Shown here: positions 14,361 to 26,601 of the stretch, in pieces
Position numbering within the stretch: position 1 is the first letter of the stretch
Layout of the letters: each line of letters opens with the position of its first letter
Assembly (NCBI RefSeq): GCF_009914755.1
Contig: NC_060925.1
DNA length: 64,000 nucleotides
Direction: 5' to 3' (one strand)
Origin: the human T2T-CHM13v2.0 reference genome, Homo sapiens
The notes under the pieces: generated by a model
What the model was told of the DNA's origin: nothing
The model's input: the letters and a program-made list of their open reading frames with translations, nothing else
Databases searched by the model: none
Made by a program: the position numbers and the translations under genes

Positions 14361-14729
14361 CTTCCTTCTGGGGTTGGGTCAAGTATGAATCACCTGATAG
14401 TGTGCTCACTGGAGAAAAATCTGGACCTGCTCCAGTGCCTTGTCCATAGTGATTGAGTGAACGAATGAATAACAGCATGAACAGTCAGACACGTGTTCAA
14501 AGTCAGGACGAATGTACTTCACACTCAAGCCAGATTTCAGTCTTTCTCCTCCAACCACTTTAAAGAGTGGAGGCTGCTCTACTATAATCATCTCCATGTC
14601 TTCTGCAGGGAACAGGGGAATCCATTGAAAAAACTCATGACTTTGAGATTTGATCCGGGCAAGGGAAGACTCCTTGTCTTAGAAGAGATGAGCACTGTTT
14701 CAGAAGCACATTAGGAAAGCCCCCGGACA

Positions 14730-16050
14730 TGATTCATTCATTCATTCATTATTCATTCATTCCACAAGTAAATATTTATCAGGTGTCTACTGTGGACAAC
14801 TGGATATATCAGTGAAGAAAACGGACTCACAAAGCAGGTACCACTGGAGAGAAAAACAACAGACGAAACACACAAGTAAGTAAAACAGAAGACAACACTG
14901 TGAAAAAACACAAAGCAGAATGCAGGATGGCGAAGAAGCACAACGCATGATTCAGGATGGTGGAGAAACACAACGCATAATTCAGGATGGTAAAGAAACA
15001 CAACGCAGAATGCAGGATGATGGAGAAACACAAAGCAGAATTCAGGATGGTGAAGAAACACAACGCAGAATTCAGGATGGTGGAGAAACACAACGCAGAA
15101 TTCAGGATGGTGGAGAAACACAACGCAGAATTCAGGATGGTGGAGAAACACAACGCAGAATTCAGGATGGTGGAGAAACACAACGCAGAATTCAGGATGG
15201 TGGAGAAACACAACGCAGAATTCAGGATGGTGGAGAAACACAACGCAGAATTCAGGATGGTGGAGAAACACAACGCAGAATTCAGGATGGTGGAGAAACA
15301 CAACGCAGAATTCAGGATGGTGGAGAAACACAACGCAGAATTCAGGATGGTGGAGAAACACAACGCAGAATTCAGGATGGTGGAGAAACACAACGCAGAA
15401 TTCAGGATGGTGGAGAAACACAACGCAGAATTCAGGATGGTGGAGAAACACAACGCAGAATTCAGGATGGTGGAGAAACACAACGCAGAATTCAGGATGG
15501 TGGAGAAACACAACGCAGAATTCAGGATGGTGGAGAAACACAACGCAGAATTCAGGATGGTGGAGAAACACAACGCAGAATTCAGGATGGTGGAGAAACA
15601 CAACGCAGAATTCAGGATGGTGGAGAAACACAACGCAGAATTCAGGATGGTGGAGAAACACAACGCAGAATTCAGGATGGTGGAGAAACACAACGCAGAA
15701 TTCAGGATGGTGGAGAAACACAACGCAGAATTCAGGATGGTGGAGAAACACAACGCAGAATTCAGGATGGTGGAGAAACACAACGCAGAATTCAGGATGG
15801 TGGAGAAACACAACGCAGAATTCAGGATGGTGGAGAAACACAACGCAGAATTCAGGATGGTGGAGAAACACAACGCAGAATTCAGAATGGTGGAGAAACA
15901 CAGTGCAGAATTCAGGATGGGAGTGCGGGGGCAGCAAGGGCTGCCCTTCTACATCCGTTGCTTAGAAAAGTCCTCTCAGAAAAGGGGACGTTCAAGCAAA
16001 GTTGTGAATGAGGCAGGAAGGAGGGTGTGTGGGGAGCTAACATTCTAGGC
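14730..16050 (-). mobile_element. L2 3' region interrupted by the VNTR
   Basis: (ATTC)n tail with aaatatttatcaggtgtctactgtg left of the array; gaaaaggggacgttcaagcaaag...acattctaggca resumes on the right. Confidence 0.65.
14901..15920. repeat. 30-bp minisatellite/VNTR, 34 copies of TGGAGAAACACAACGCAGAATTCAGGATGG
   Basis: Units 7-32 (15081-15860) are identical; units 1-6, 33 and 34 are degenerate. Confidence 0.99.
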
Positions 16051-16274
16051 ACACTTGGACCCTCACACAGCCTCATGAATATTACTGGGCACTTCTGAAA
16101 AGGGAGGCTAGATGGGGTTTCCCTACAGGTGGGCTTCTAGCTCTGGGATCTCCCTCCACCCCTTATTTAAAGCCTAACTGGTCCCCCCTTCGCTGGGGAG
16201 GTTACGGACGTTAATGCCTTCAAGCGTGAGGTTAAAGGCTGCAGTTCAGTCGACCTTTGGAAGTAATGGGTATT

Positions 16275-16703
16275 ATATACATTTTCTGTGGCTGCCATAA
16301 CAATTACCACACACTGGGTGTCTTCAGGGCTTCAGCAGCAGAAATGTATTCTCTCCTACTTCTGAAGACTAGAAGTCCAAAATCAAGGTGTTGGCAGGGC
16401 CCTGCCCCCTCCAAAGCCTCTATCTGGAAGAGGATGCTTCCTTGCTGCTTGCAGCTTCTGGTAGCCTCACACGTTCCTGAGTTTATAGATATCTCACTCC
16501 AATCTCTGCCCTGTCACCATATGGCTGTGCTCTCCCTGAGTGTTCCTGTCTCTTCTGATAAGACTCCAGTCACACTGGATTAGGGCTCACCCCGATGACC
16601 TCACCTTAACCTGGTCAAAGACCCCTATTTCCAAATAAGATCACATTCACGGGTCTGGAGGATCAGGACTTCAATGTATCTTTTGGGGAGACCCAATTAC
16701 ACA
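16275..16703 (-). mobile_element. MLT1B/C MaLR LTR
   Basis: ggctgccataacaattaccacacactgggtg...agaagtccaaaatcaaggtgttggcagggcc...tatttccaaataagatcacattc. Confidence 0.85.
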
Positions 16704-17559
16704 AGGCAGCCGCAGAAGCTAATTATTCTGTTGACATACAGAAATTGCGCTGTCCTGGATGGCTCACACCTTTGCCTGAGTGAACACGGGCCATCTTTAT
16801 GTGCAGCTGAAAGTGATATCTTCAAAGTCTCTTTCCTCCCACTTTGGGCTGTGTAGGTAGACACGGGTGTTCTGGTTGAGCCCAATGTTTCTCGTTCATT
16901 ACTGGCTGCTGTGATTGCGATGGGGAGACAATTACTCAGTTTTGTTCACGTAAAAACAGGAAGAATATGCTGCCATCAAAGCGAGGTCTAGCCCCACTCT
17001 CCTGGGTAATTCAGCACATCTCACGGCTCCTGGTTTCTCATTTCTGGTTTCCAATTTTCTAATGCCTTTGGTCGGCTATTCCCTGATGGTTGAATCCTTC
17101 TGGCTTCTTTCTTATTGAAAGTCCTTAGATGTTGAATTTAATCTTATTTTGGTATTCATGAGGAACAGACTCAGAGTTCTGCTTGGTTTTGCTTTTCCAA
17201 GGGACTAAGAAAATTAACGCCTAAAGACAACTAAGTCATCCCTGTCTCTCATTATACATTCCTTCTATACCTACACCCAGTGGCCACTAGGTTTTGTGTT
17301 TTTGAAACAATAACCAAAGCACAACAAATTTTCACTTGAGGTTACTATCTTGGGCAGATGGTCCAGCACTTTCTCATCATTTAGTGGAAGAACAATGGAC
17401 ATAGGATTCTTTTCTTTGCTACCAAACTTTCTGTCATGTTTAATTAACGAATCTGCTTTTCGCCAGTAAAGCAAGCAGCAAATTTCCTGATCCCCAAAGT
17501 TGAGCCAGAGGACCTATGGGTAAAACTTTCTGCTTCATGTTTCACTAAGCTGTTGAGTC

Positions 17560-17790
17560 CAAACTCAGAGAGACCAAAGGCCAGGAGTTGAGAGACCTGA
17601 ACCACAAGATGGACCGTGCTATTCCATCCCTGGGTGGCCAAGGGGGAGGCTTGTAGCCTCTCTGTTTCCTCATTTTCTCCTCTGTAAAATCGGGATCATG
17701 CTACCTGCTCTCTGTTTATTCACAGAGTTGTTGGGAGAAGGCAGGGAGGAAATGCACGTAAAGCTACTTTGAGAAAGATAAGGGGCTCTA
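17560..17790 (+). mobile_element. MIR
   Basis: cctctctgtttcctcattttctcctctgtaaaatcgggat. Confidence 0.6.
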
Positions 17791-18154
17791 GCTGAATGAG
17801 TGTTTGTCTCGTCCTGTCCATCTCATGGAAGTCCATCAGCTGCAAGTCAAGGGCACAGGCACTACACCAGGCCACACATTATTTGGTGACGACTCCTGGG
17901 GATCATGAAATACATTTCTCTGTGTCTTCAGCATGACCTTCAAAAGTTTCCTTATAACTAAGGACCAGAAAATTCTGTAGAACCACACCACTGCTTGGGT
18001 AAGCTTATGGCCCATGATAAGATAGTCTCAGTGCAGTGACTCTATTTTAAAACGAAAATCTCTCCTTGCCAGGATAATCAAATATTCTTCCAAATGCCAG
18101 GACTCCCTAGATAAAATAGATGCAGCAGGGGCCTGGTCAAAGATGCCAGAATGA

Positions 18155-18444
18155 GGTCAGGCGTGGTGGCTCATGTCTGTAATCCCAACAGACGGAGGCG
18201 GAGGCAGGAGAATCACTTGAGCTCAGGAGTTCGAGACCAGCCTGGGCAACATGGCGAGACCCTGTCTCTAAAATAAATATACAAAAATTAGTAGGAGGTG
18301 TTGGCATGTACCCGTAGTCCCAGCTACTCAAGAGGCTGAGGTGGGAGGGTTGCTTGAGCCTGGGAGGTTGGAGCTGCAGCAAGCCGTGATGGTACCACTA
18401 CACTCCAGCCTGGGCAACAGAGCGAGACCCTGTTTCAAAAAAAA
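18155..18444 (+). mobile_element. AluJ
   Basis: Diverged dimer; cacttgagctcaggagttcgagaccagcctgggcaacat and gaggtgggagggttgcttgagcctggg. Confidence 0.9.
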
Positions 18445-19009
18445 GAGATGCTAGAAATGCACCGAAATGGCTTGAAATGGCCTGAGTGACATATGCCTCT
18501 CCAATGATGGCTCTTAGGCATCTAGTCTAAGATGTGGCCAAGAAGCTGGGCCACTCACTCATTGCAGAAGAGAGCCACTGCAGTATTAGAAAACACTGAA
18601 TCCTCAGTCTGTCCTCTACATCCAACCTGATGCACCTGTTCGAAAGCTTGGGGACTGGGGGCTGGGGAAAACAACTACTTCCTCCCACTGAAAAGAAGAC
18701 AGAAGCATTCACTACCAAGCCCTGCAGTCAGTTGCAGTATTTGCGGAGGCCTGGAGGAGAGCAAATTCATCCCAATGTCACAGGGATTAGAACTGGAAGG
18801 AACCACAGAGACCAAGGAGCTCTGCAATTCATCAGCTGTTTGCTCTTCTAGTGGAGGCATTCATTTTCGCTGGAGCTCTTTCCCTCTCACATGAAATCTT
18901 ACTTGGAACTGTATGTTTGAAAAGAGATAAAACCCCAACCACTCAGGCAGAGACCAGGAGGCTGTGAGGGTTGTCACTTCCCTCTCCTACGACTGCTGGG
19001 GCCCCTCGT

Positions 19010-19135
19010 GGAATCTAATATAACCCCTCATTTTGCAGATCAGGAAAAAGGGTCAGGGGAGGAATTGTTCCTTCTCAAGCTCACACAGCCAGCTAGTAGC
19101 AGAGCTGAAACTTTCCCCAGGTCCCTGGACTTCCT
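19010..19135 (-). mobile_element. MIR
   Basis: cctcattttgcagatcaggaaa...caagctcacacagccagctagtagcagagctg. Confidence 0.65.
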
Positions 19136-19254
19136 GTCTGTAGTGGATTCTAGAATGCACCAGACACACCTCCAACTATTATACTTCACTGAGACACACA
19201 AAGGCATCACCCCCATTTTCCTCCATCCTAAGCTTCATAAATAAACAAGTGCTG

Positions 19255-19870
19255 ATACAGTATCCAAGCAACCCTGTTTGGTTACCAATAACGAACACCA
19301 ACTCAAACTGACTCAAGCAAGAAGAGGTAGGGTGATGGCCCACATGCCTGGACTCTCCACAATTCAGGGTCCAGTGTCTCCCTTTTGTCTCTTCTGTCCC
19401 CTTCTCTCTCTTTTTCCTCTCCTAATTCCAGCTCCTCTTCTCCCCTCTCCTCTCTCTTTTTCTTTCTCTCATCATCTCTCTGCCCCACTCTCCTCCAGTT
19501 TATTTTGTTCCCAGGCAGACCCCATCTCATGGTGACTAAAGGTCTGTCAACAAGTCCAGGCTTCCACCCTCAAATATCCAGACAGAGGTTCTCCCTGCCA
19601 ATGATTCCTACAGAACCCCTGGGCCTGCCCCACATGGCACAGACGGGGCCAACTTGCCCATCCCTGAGTCAATCTTTGGGGCCGAGGAGACTGGGTACCT
19701 GATTGGTTTTGGCCAGTAGCTTACTACCCCCAGAACTGGAGTGAGGTCAACTCCAGCCACTGTAGGCAGACATTATGTAGAGGAAGGCTGACCCCAAGAA
19801 CAGTGATTTTACTGTTATAGAAAAAGGCAAAGGGAGAGTTGGGCAGGCAAACAAAGACCTGTTTATTACA
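19255..19870 (-). mobile_element. Old MLT1 (J/K/L-like) LTR
   Basis: ttggttaccaataacgaacaccaactcaaactgactcaagcaa; end gttgggcaggcaaac...ttattaca. Confidence 0.5.
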
Positions 19871-20360
19871 ATTGATCTTCAGTTTTAAGTTCTTAGGAAA
19901 ATGTCAGGATATTGCAGAGATCATTTATTTAAATAAAACAAAAATACCTTATTTAATTTTAAATGTAATCCTTCAAAGAATTAAATAAGAATCAAAAGCC
20001 AAATTCCAGGGATATTTATAATAATGCTATTTAAATAGTAAAACAACTGTTCCAACACAGCCGGACATTTAGTTAGGTAAATCATGGTGCATCTTCCTAA
20101 TGCAACATTATGCAGCTTTCAAAGTGATCGTTATGAAGACTGTAGCAACGCAGAAAATGCCTCACAGAGAAAGCAACGTGAAAACATAAAACAAATGGTA
20201 TCTGTGCTGCATTTATACATCTACCAAAAAATTCTATGCTTGGGGCAAAAATTGGAATACAGAAAAATGAGAAAACTTTCACTTGTTGGCATGGCAAGTT
20301 GATAGGTGATTGTGTGTGTGTGCGTTGTAAGTAACTGAAAAGTTAAAAAAAGCAAAGGAA

Positions 20361-20737
<377 letters not shown>

Positions 20738-20904
20738 TCAGTTTCCCCCAGACCCCATTCCCTGTGCCTCTCCTCTCCTCCACCAGAAAGATTAGCAGGA
20801 GCCCAGTTCCTGTGGGTTTTAATGTGTGAAGGCAGGTGGATTTGGAAGCTAGGTATAAAATTATGAGGTGTCTCTACAGGTGACTGGAATCTGACAGCAT
20901 GGTG

Positions 20905-21316
20905 TGTACTAGGTTGGATGGTGTCCCACCAAACTTATGTCCCTCCTGGAACCCAAACTCTGACCTTATTTGGAAACATGGTCACTGCAGATTTAATCAG
21001 TTAAGATGAAGTCTTACAGTGGGCCTTTAATTCAATATGTCTGGCATCCCAATGAGAAGAGAAGAGACCAAGAAGCTGATATACAGGCAAGAGGCCACCT
21101 GAAGATAGAGAGTGATTGGAATGCTGCATCTCTAAGCCTAGGAGTGTCAAGGAATGCCAGCCACCACCAGAAGCTAAGGAGATTCAGAGGGAGCAGGGCT
21201 GCTCATACCTTGATATTAAACTTCTAGCCTCCAGAGCTGTGAAAGAGAAGATCTCTGTTGTTTCAGGCCACCCAGTGTATGGAACCCTGTTACAGCAGCC
21301 CTAGGAAATGGATACA
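20905..21316 (+). mobile_element. MLT1C-like MaLR solo LTR
   Basis: gaccttatttggaaa...aagatgaagtc...cttctagcctccagagctgtga...gttacagcagccctaggaaatggataca; near-TSD tggtg/gggtg. Confidence 0.85.
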
Positions 21317-21729
21317 GGGTGCAACATTTGGGAATCCAGATGGGTGGGGGCCACTATAGAATCTTCCAGAAGCCTCAGAGAAGGGGCTTCAGGTCAGAAC
21401 CATGGGTGGGAACTGGCATGGCAGAGTCTGGTTCTGGGGCAGTTGGGTTCCCGGGCAGCTGACTGCATCAGTGACCCAGGCATGGGTACATCCTCGGCCC
21501 AGAGCACTCTGTCCCAGCCCTCAAACAACAGGTTCCCACAGGCCCCAGCTCAAATTCACGTCATAGAACCTTTCCTCAGCATCCCGAATGGCTCATCACA
21601 GTGCCAGTGGGGCTGCCAGTCCAGCTCCTCCTCATCTTCATCAGCTCCCCAAAGCCACCCCAAATTCACATCAATGTCAGTAAAAAGTATGCATTCATTT
21701 GCAAATGTAGCTTGGGACAGATCTCAAAC

Positions 21730-22265
21730 CTTTGCTGCAACCAGAGAGTCACCCCCAAGCCTTTTGTGCCCAGGTGTCTTCTCAGCTCTGGCATCATCAT
21801 TCTGTACCTTTGCATCTACCAATGAGGCTGCATCCTGGAAGACCACAGCCTCAGCCCCCACTGCCAGCTACCTCGTGCCAGGGCCTGCCAATGGGAGGCG
21901 AGGATGGGATGAAAGGCGAGAGGAAGGCAGGCAAGGAAAGGTGATGCTCTGGGTTTGGGCAGCAGGAACAAAGGGCAGCAGGAGCAGTTGCCCCCCGGCA
22001 AGGGTTGACTTGGGACTGCTCAGTTCCAACAGCCACCGAATCCATGCCACAGTCATGGTGGGGCTCCAGGAAATGCCACTTCCTTTTTTCTCCTCCAGCC
22101 CTAAGGTGGCAGCAGCTTCCAGCTGCTGGAATCTTTGGTCATGTTAGCTTCCTCTGTTTGCAAAACTAGTCCTTCCAATGCCTTTGCAGCCAATTCCTGG
22201 ATTAAATTCCTTTTGTTTGATGAAATTTCTAGGACGATTTACTTTCCTCTTTGGGCGTGGACAGA
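21730..22265 (+). mobile_element. LTR33-like ERVL LTR
   Basis: 3' motif gccaattcctggattaaattccttttgtttga. Confidence 0.4.
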
Positions 22266-23279
22266 TCCGCAGTCCTATATTCACATCCCAGAGCCTTAGC
22301 TACAATTCCCAGAAAGTGTCCTTCTCCGCCCTTTAAGCCACAACTGCAATGGTCCTGTTTACTCTTGTGCTGGTTTATTTTTTATCTTCCCATTGAAATG
22401 TTAAGTGCTCAAGGTCCAGGAGCTTCTCCGGCTTGTTCACCACTGTAGCCCCAGATTCATGCAGAGACACCAATACGTACTTTATTTTTTTGAATGGAGA
22501 GGTCGCTCATCAGATGAGAAGAGCACTGGGGTTGCTACAGCAGCAACACCGAGTCTCAGGATGCAGCCTGGATCTCCTCAGTCTGCCCCATCTGTAGTGA
22601 GCTGACATCCTCCCACAGTGATGGGGCTGAGGCTGAAGCTGGCCCCAACGTCCGTGTCCCCTGGAATGCCCCCTTCTCTTCCTCATCCACCTACTTCCTC
22701 TCCTCTGTCAGCTCACCCCTTGCCTGCTGGCTCCCAGGCTAACTGAGGACCCAGCCCTGTGCTCCTGTAGTGCCTGAGTCCTTCAAAGTACCCCTGGCCT
22801 GTCCCAGGCACTGCCTTCTAATCCCATTTCCCTAGCTGGCCAGCAAGCTTCTGGACCTGCCTGAGCCCTCATGAGCAGGCTGACACATAGGTGGATGCAT
22901 GAAGGAGCTCGGTGGATCAGCAGGCACAGGAGAGAGGGGCTGGACACAAGAGCCAGGCTGAGATTTAAACAGCCTCCTCCAAATGAAAGAACAATCCCAG
23001 TGAGGAATAACCACTGGGCAGATCCCAGGCCACTTCCCTCTCTCCTCTCATTCAGTGATCCCACCCTCGGGACACAAGGAGGTTGCCCTATGATCCCTCC
23101 TGCAGGAAAAAGAGGCCACTGCCTTCCTTGCTTAAAGCCCCACAGCAAGGCTCAGACTGAGACTTGGCCCAGCAGCATTGGCATCCAGGGCCCACGCTGT
23201 TCCTCTGCCTCTCGAGGGGCCATGCCATGCTGGTGGTCCAGCAGCTCATCCTATTCCTGCTCTCACTGATGTGGAAGCT

Positions 23280-23480
23280 GAGCCCCGGCACAGAGCCAGC
23301 TCCCTGGGTGCAAACCCTGCCTCAGCCACTTCTGGAATTCTGAGCCCTGGGCACAGCACTGGACCTCTCTGAGCAAGTTCACTTCTTCATCCATAAAACA
23401 GGGTTAGAGTGGCCTCCACCTCATGGAAATGTGGCTTGGATTAAGTACGGTAATGCAAAGAAGGTGCAGCAGGCGTAGTG
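23280..23480 (+). mobile_element. MIR
   Basis: ctctctgagcaagttcacttcttcatccataaaacaggg...cctcatgg. Confidence 0.55.
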
Positions 23481-23644
23481 TATTACAGCAACACTGAAAA
23501 ACGCATCGTCCGACATCAACACGTACTTGAGCTCTCAAGAAGAGGGATGAAGCAGGTCGTAGAGCTCGTGGCCTCACTGCCTAATGCCACCTGAAATCTG
23601 CTCCAAGTTCCTGTCCCCAAGGCTGAGTTCTCACCCCAGCCACA

Positions 23645-24015
23645 GGGCTGCCCCATTGAAATCAGATGTGAGCCACAGACATAATTTAAAATTTTAGCAA
23701 CTGCATGCTTTTAAAAATTGAAAAAGATAAGCAGATAAAATCATTTTTTATGTTACTAGGTTGGTGCAAAAGTAATTGCGATTTTTGCCATTCCTTTCAA
23801 AATCTGGTGTTACATTATACTCTCTTGCCCAACAGATCAAAAGTGTTATTTCAACATAGGATCAATATAAAAATTATTGGTCAGTCATTTTACATTTTTT
23901 TGTTCCTACTGAATCCTTCAGATCCAGCGAGTATTTGACACAGCACGTCTGGGTTAAGAAGAGCCACACTGCCGAACGTGGCCAGGGGCTGTCAGATTGG
24001 ATAGTGCACCTCTAG
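23645..24015. mobile_element. MER33/MER3-type hAT-Charlie MITE
   Basis: gtgagccacagacataatttaaaatttt...atcaatataaaaattatt...attggatagtgcacctctag. Confidence 0.65.
23756..23800 (+). mobile_element. Half MADE1 / Hsmar1 mariner terminal inverted repeat
   Basis: taggttggtgcaaaagtaattgcgatttttgccatt. Confidence 0.85.
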
Positions 24016-24795
24016 ACACTCAGTGGCTCCATTTCCAATCAAGCTGGGAAGATGTGGAATCTTTGGTTCTGCAGGTAGCACTGACTGCAGAGAAGCAGTG
24101 CGTGGGCGTCCTGTTGTGTCTAAGAAGCCAGTAGCACTGCATGGGCTATGCTGACCAGCATGGGCCGCTGCCGGGACAGCATCCTCGCTGCCAGGAGACA
24201 GGCTCCGAAGCCTGGGCACATCCTTCTGGAGGGGAACAGGCTGACTGATGCCAAGGCTGCAGGACCACCGTGGAGCCACGATTTTGTCCTTCACTGGTGC
24301 TGCAGGGAACCCGGGGGGAGCCCAAAGCCTCGGGAACTTCATTCCAACCCTGTCCTGGAAAACAGCTCCACATCAAGGGTTGCTTTGATGGGGAAGACTT
24401 TGGGGCTTGAATCCTTCTGAACACTCAGCAAAGCCAAGTCCACTGTCCAGGACTGGGTAGTAGGAACCCATGCTCCAGAGGCTGCCAGGGGATTTCTGTC
24501 CATGTAGGGATCAGCTTGTGGTGCACCATAGACCCCCTGAACTCACACCTCAGCCCTTTACAAGCTGCTTTCCCAGGGACCAGACCAGCGAGCCCGAACA
24601 GGCAAAGCCACAGCAGCGTGACTGCAGCACAGACACAGTCCTGCCTCCCTGAGTTTATTGAGCGAGGGTTGGCACAGGAGAAAAGCTCTTGCTTTGGCAT
24701 CAGGCAGCCTTGGGTCTGAGTCCAGGGCTGTCCACTCCCCAGACCTCGGGCAAATTGCATGGTATCCAGGGTCCTGATGCTCTCAGCTATAGAAC

Positions 24796-24903
24796 AGGAT
24801 AAAGCGTGTCTCAGGATAAAGGGTGTCTCAGGGTAAAGGGTGTCTCAGGATAAAGGGGTGTCTCAGGATAAAGGGTGTCTCAGGATAAAGGGTATCTCAG
24901 GAT
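24796..24903. repeat. 17-bp minisatellite (AGGATAAAGGGTGTCTC), about 6.3 copies, inside a MIR
   Basis: Units start at 24796, 24813, 24830, 24847, 24865, 24882 and 24899. Confidence 0.95.
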
Positions 24904-24999
24904 GGTCCCCGGGGTGGATGGAGCTGTAGATGAAAGCACCAAGCATAGTGCCAGGCGACAGCCTCCACTAGGGGACCCCCGATCCTCCCTGGGTGTTAG

Positions 25000-25260
25000 G
25001 GAGGCCTTGGAGCATGGGGAGAAGAATACAGGGCCCGAGAATCAGAGTAGGTTCAGAGCCCATTTCACCACTCACCAGCAGAGACATGTGGGGCAAATGA
25101 CATAACCTCTCTGAGTCTCTGTTTTCTCATCTGTGAAATGGGCATAACCACAGTACCTCCTCCATGGGAATGAGTTAACATAGATGCATGCACTCACTCT
25201 ATTGCCTAGCTTATAATGAGAACCACATGTGTCAGATATTGTAACGTTCATTGTCAACAT
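25000..25260 (+). mobile_element. MIR
   Basis: gggcaaatgacataacctctctgagtctctgttttctcatctgtgaaatggg. Confidence 0.8.
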
Positions 25261-25299
25261 CATCACGGCAATGAAAAGGAATGCTAGTTCATCTGGTCC

Positions 25300-25430
25300 T
25301 ACATCCTCATTTTAGACAGCAGGAACTGAGGCCCAGAGAAGACAGGTGGTTTTCTCCAGATGTTACAGCTAGTTAGTAGCACAGTCCAGACTTGGGTCTG
25401 GGTCTTATGATGCTTGCACTATTCACCATG
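25300..25430 (-). mobile_element. MIR
   Basis: cctcattttagacagcaggaactgaggcccagaga. Confidence 0.7.
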
Positions 25431-26167
25431 GAAGTAGAGGAATACCAGTACCCCAGAAGACAACCTATTGATCCACAAGGCCCTGGGCAGGTCCCCATCA
25501 TCCTAGCCATCCACCAATTTAGTTGAGCCACATATATTTCCCTTTCACTTCTTGCAGTGGCACATTGTGATTACTTAATTGCATGGGCTGAATTCAGTGA
25601 GATTCAATTAAGATGGAAATTTACTTTCCTCTCACCACTGTCCTTCAACTGTGCTGGGCTGGCTCTCCCACGTAGACACAGCTCAGGTAGATCACCAGGG
25701 TTTTCTGCGTGCTTTCAGGTACTAGAATGGTCAGGGCCGCCCATAGCATATATGATGTTTTTCTGCAAATTTCTAAGACGTGACCTCTGGACAGATGAAT
25801 TAGACAAAGGGTATCTCTCCCTATGGACCAATGCAGCCCCCTTATTGGGGATGCAAGTTGTGGCACATGAGCTTAGAGTAGGTTTTAGCATCTACTCACT
25901 CATTCAGACTCATTCAGACACAGTCAGTAGTAGTAGCATCTACTACTCAATCAGACACACTTGTGCAGGGCACGACCTGTGTGAATGTACTTGGTGTCCC
26001 TAAGAGCAGCCTCACTCTCTTAGAGCAGGTAGTTAAAAGTCCAGCTCAATCTAAAGCAAAACTTCCATTTTCTAATCCAATCTGACATTTCTTCTCCTCC
26101 CACCAAGTTCAGTTGAGTCAATGAATTCAGCCCACCAGAAGGTAAGTGGAAGACAGTCTATGATTTC

Positions 26168-26601
<434 letters not shown>

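Noticed and set aside
14901-15920. CRISPR-like array of ~30-bp repeats
   Set aside because: Units are contiguous with no unique spacers, there are no cas genes, and the context is primate DNA; it is a minisatellite.
14753-16048. Four long ORFs (348-394 aa) as protein-coding genes
   Set aside because: They result from a stop-free 30-bp unit, overlap on both strands, and have no promoter, splice or homology support.
21308-22147. 279-aa ORF
   Set aside because: Starts in an MLT1 terminus and runs through LTR-like DNA; Ser/Ala-rich with no recognisable domain.
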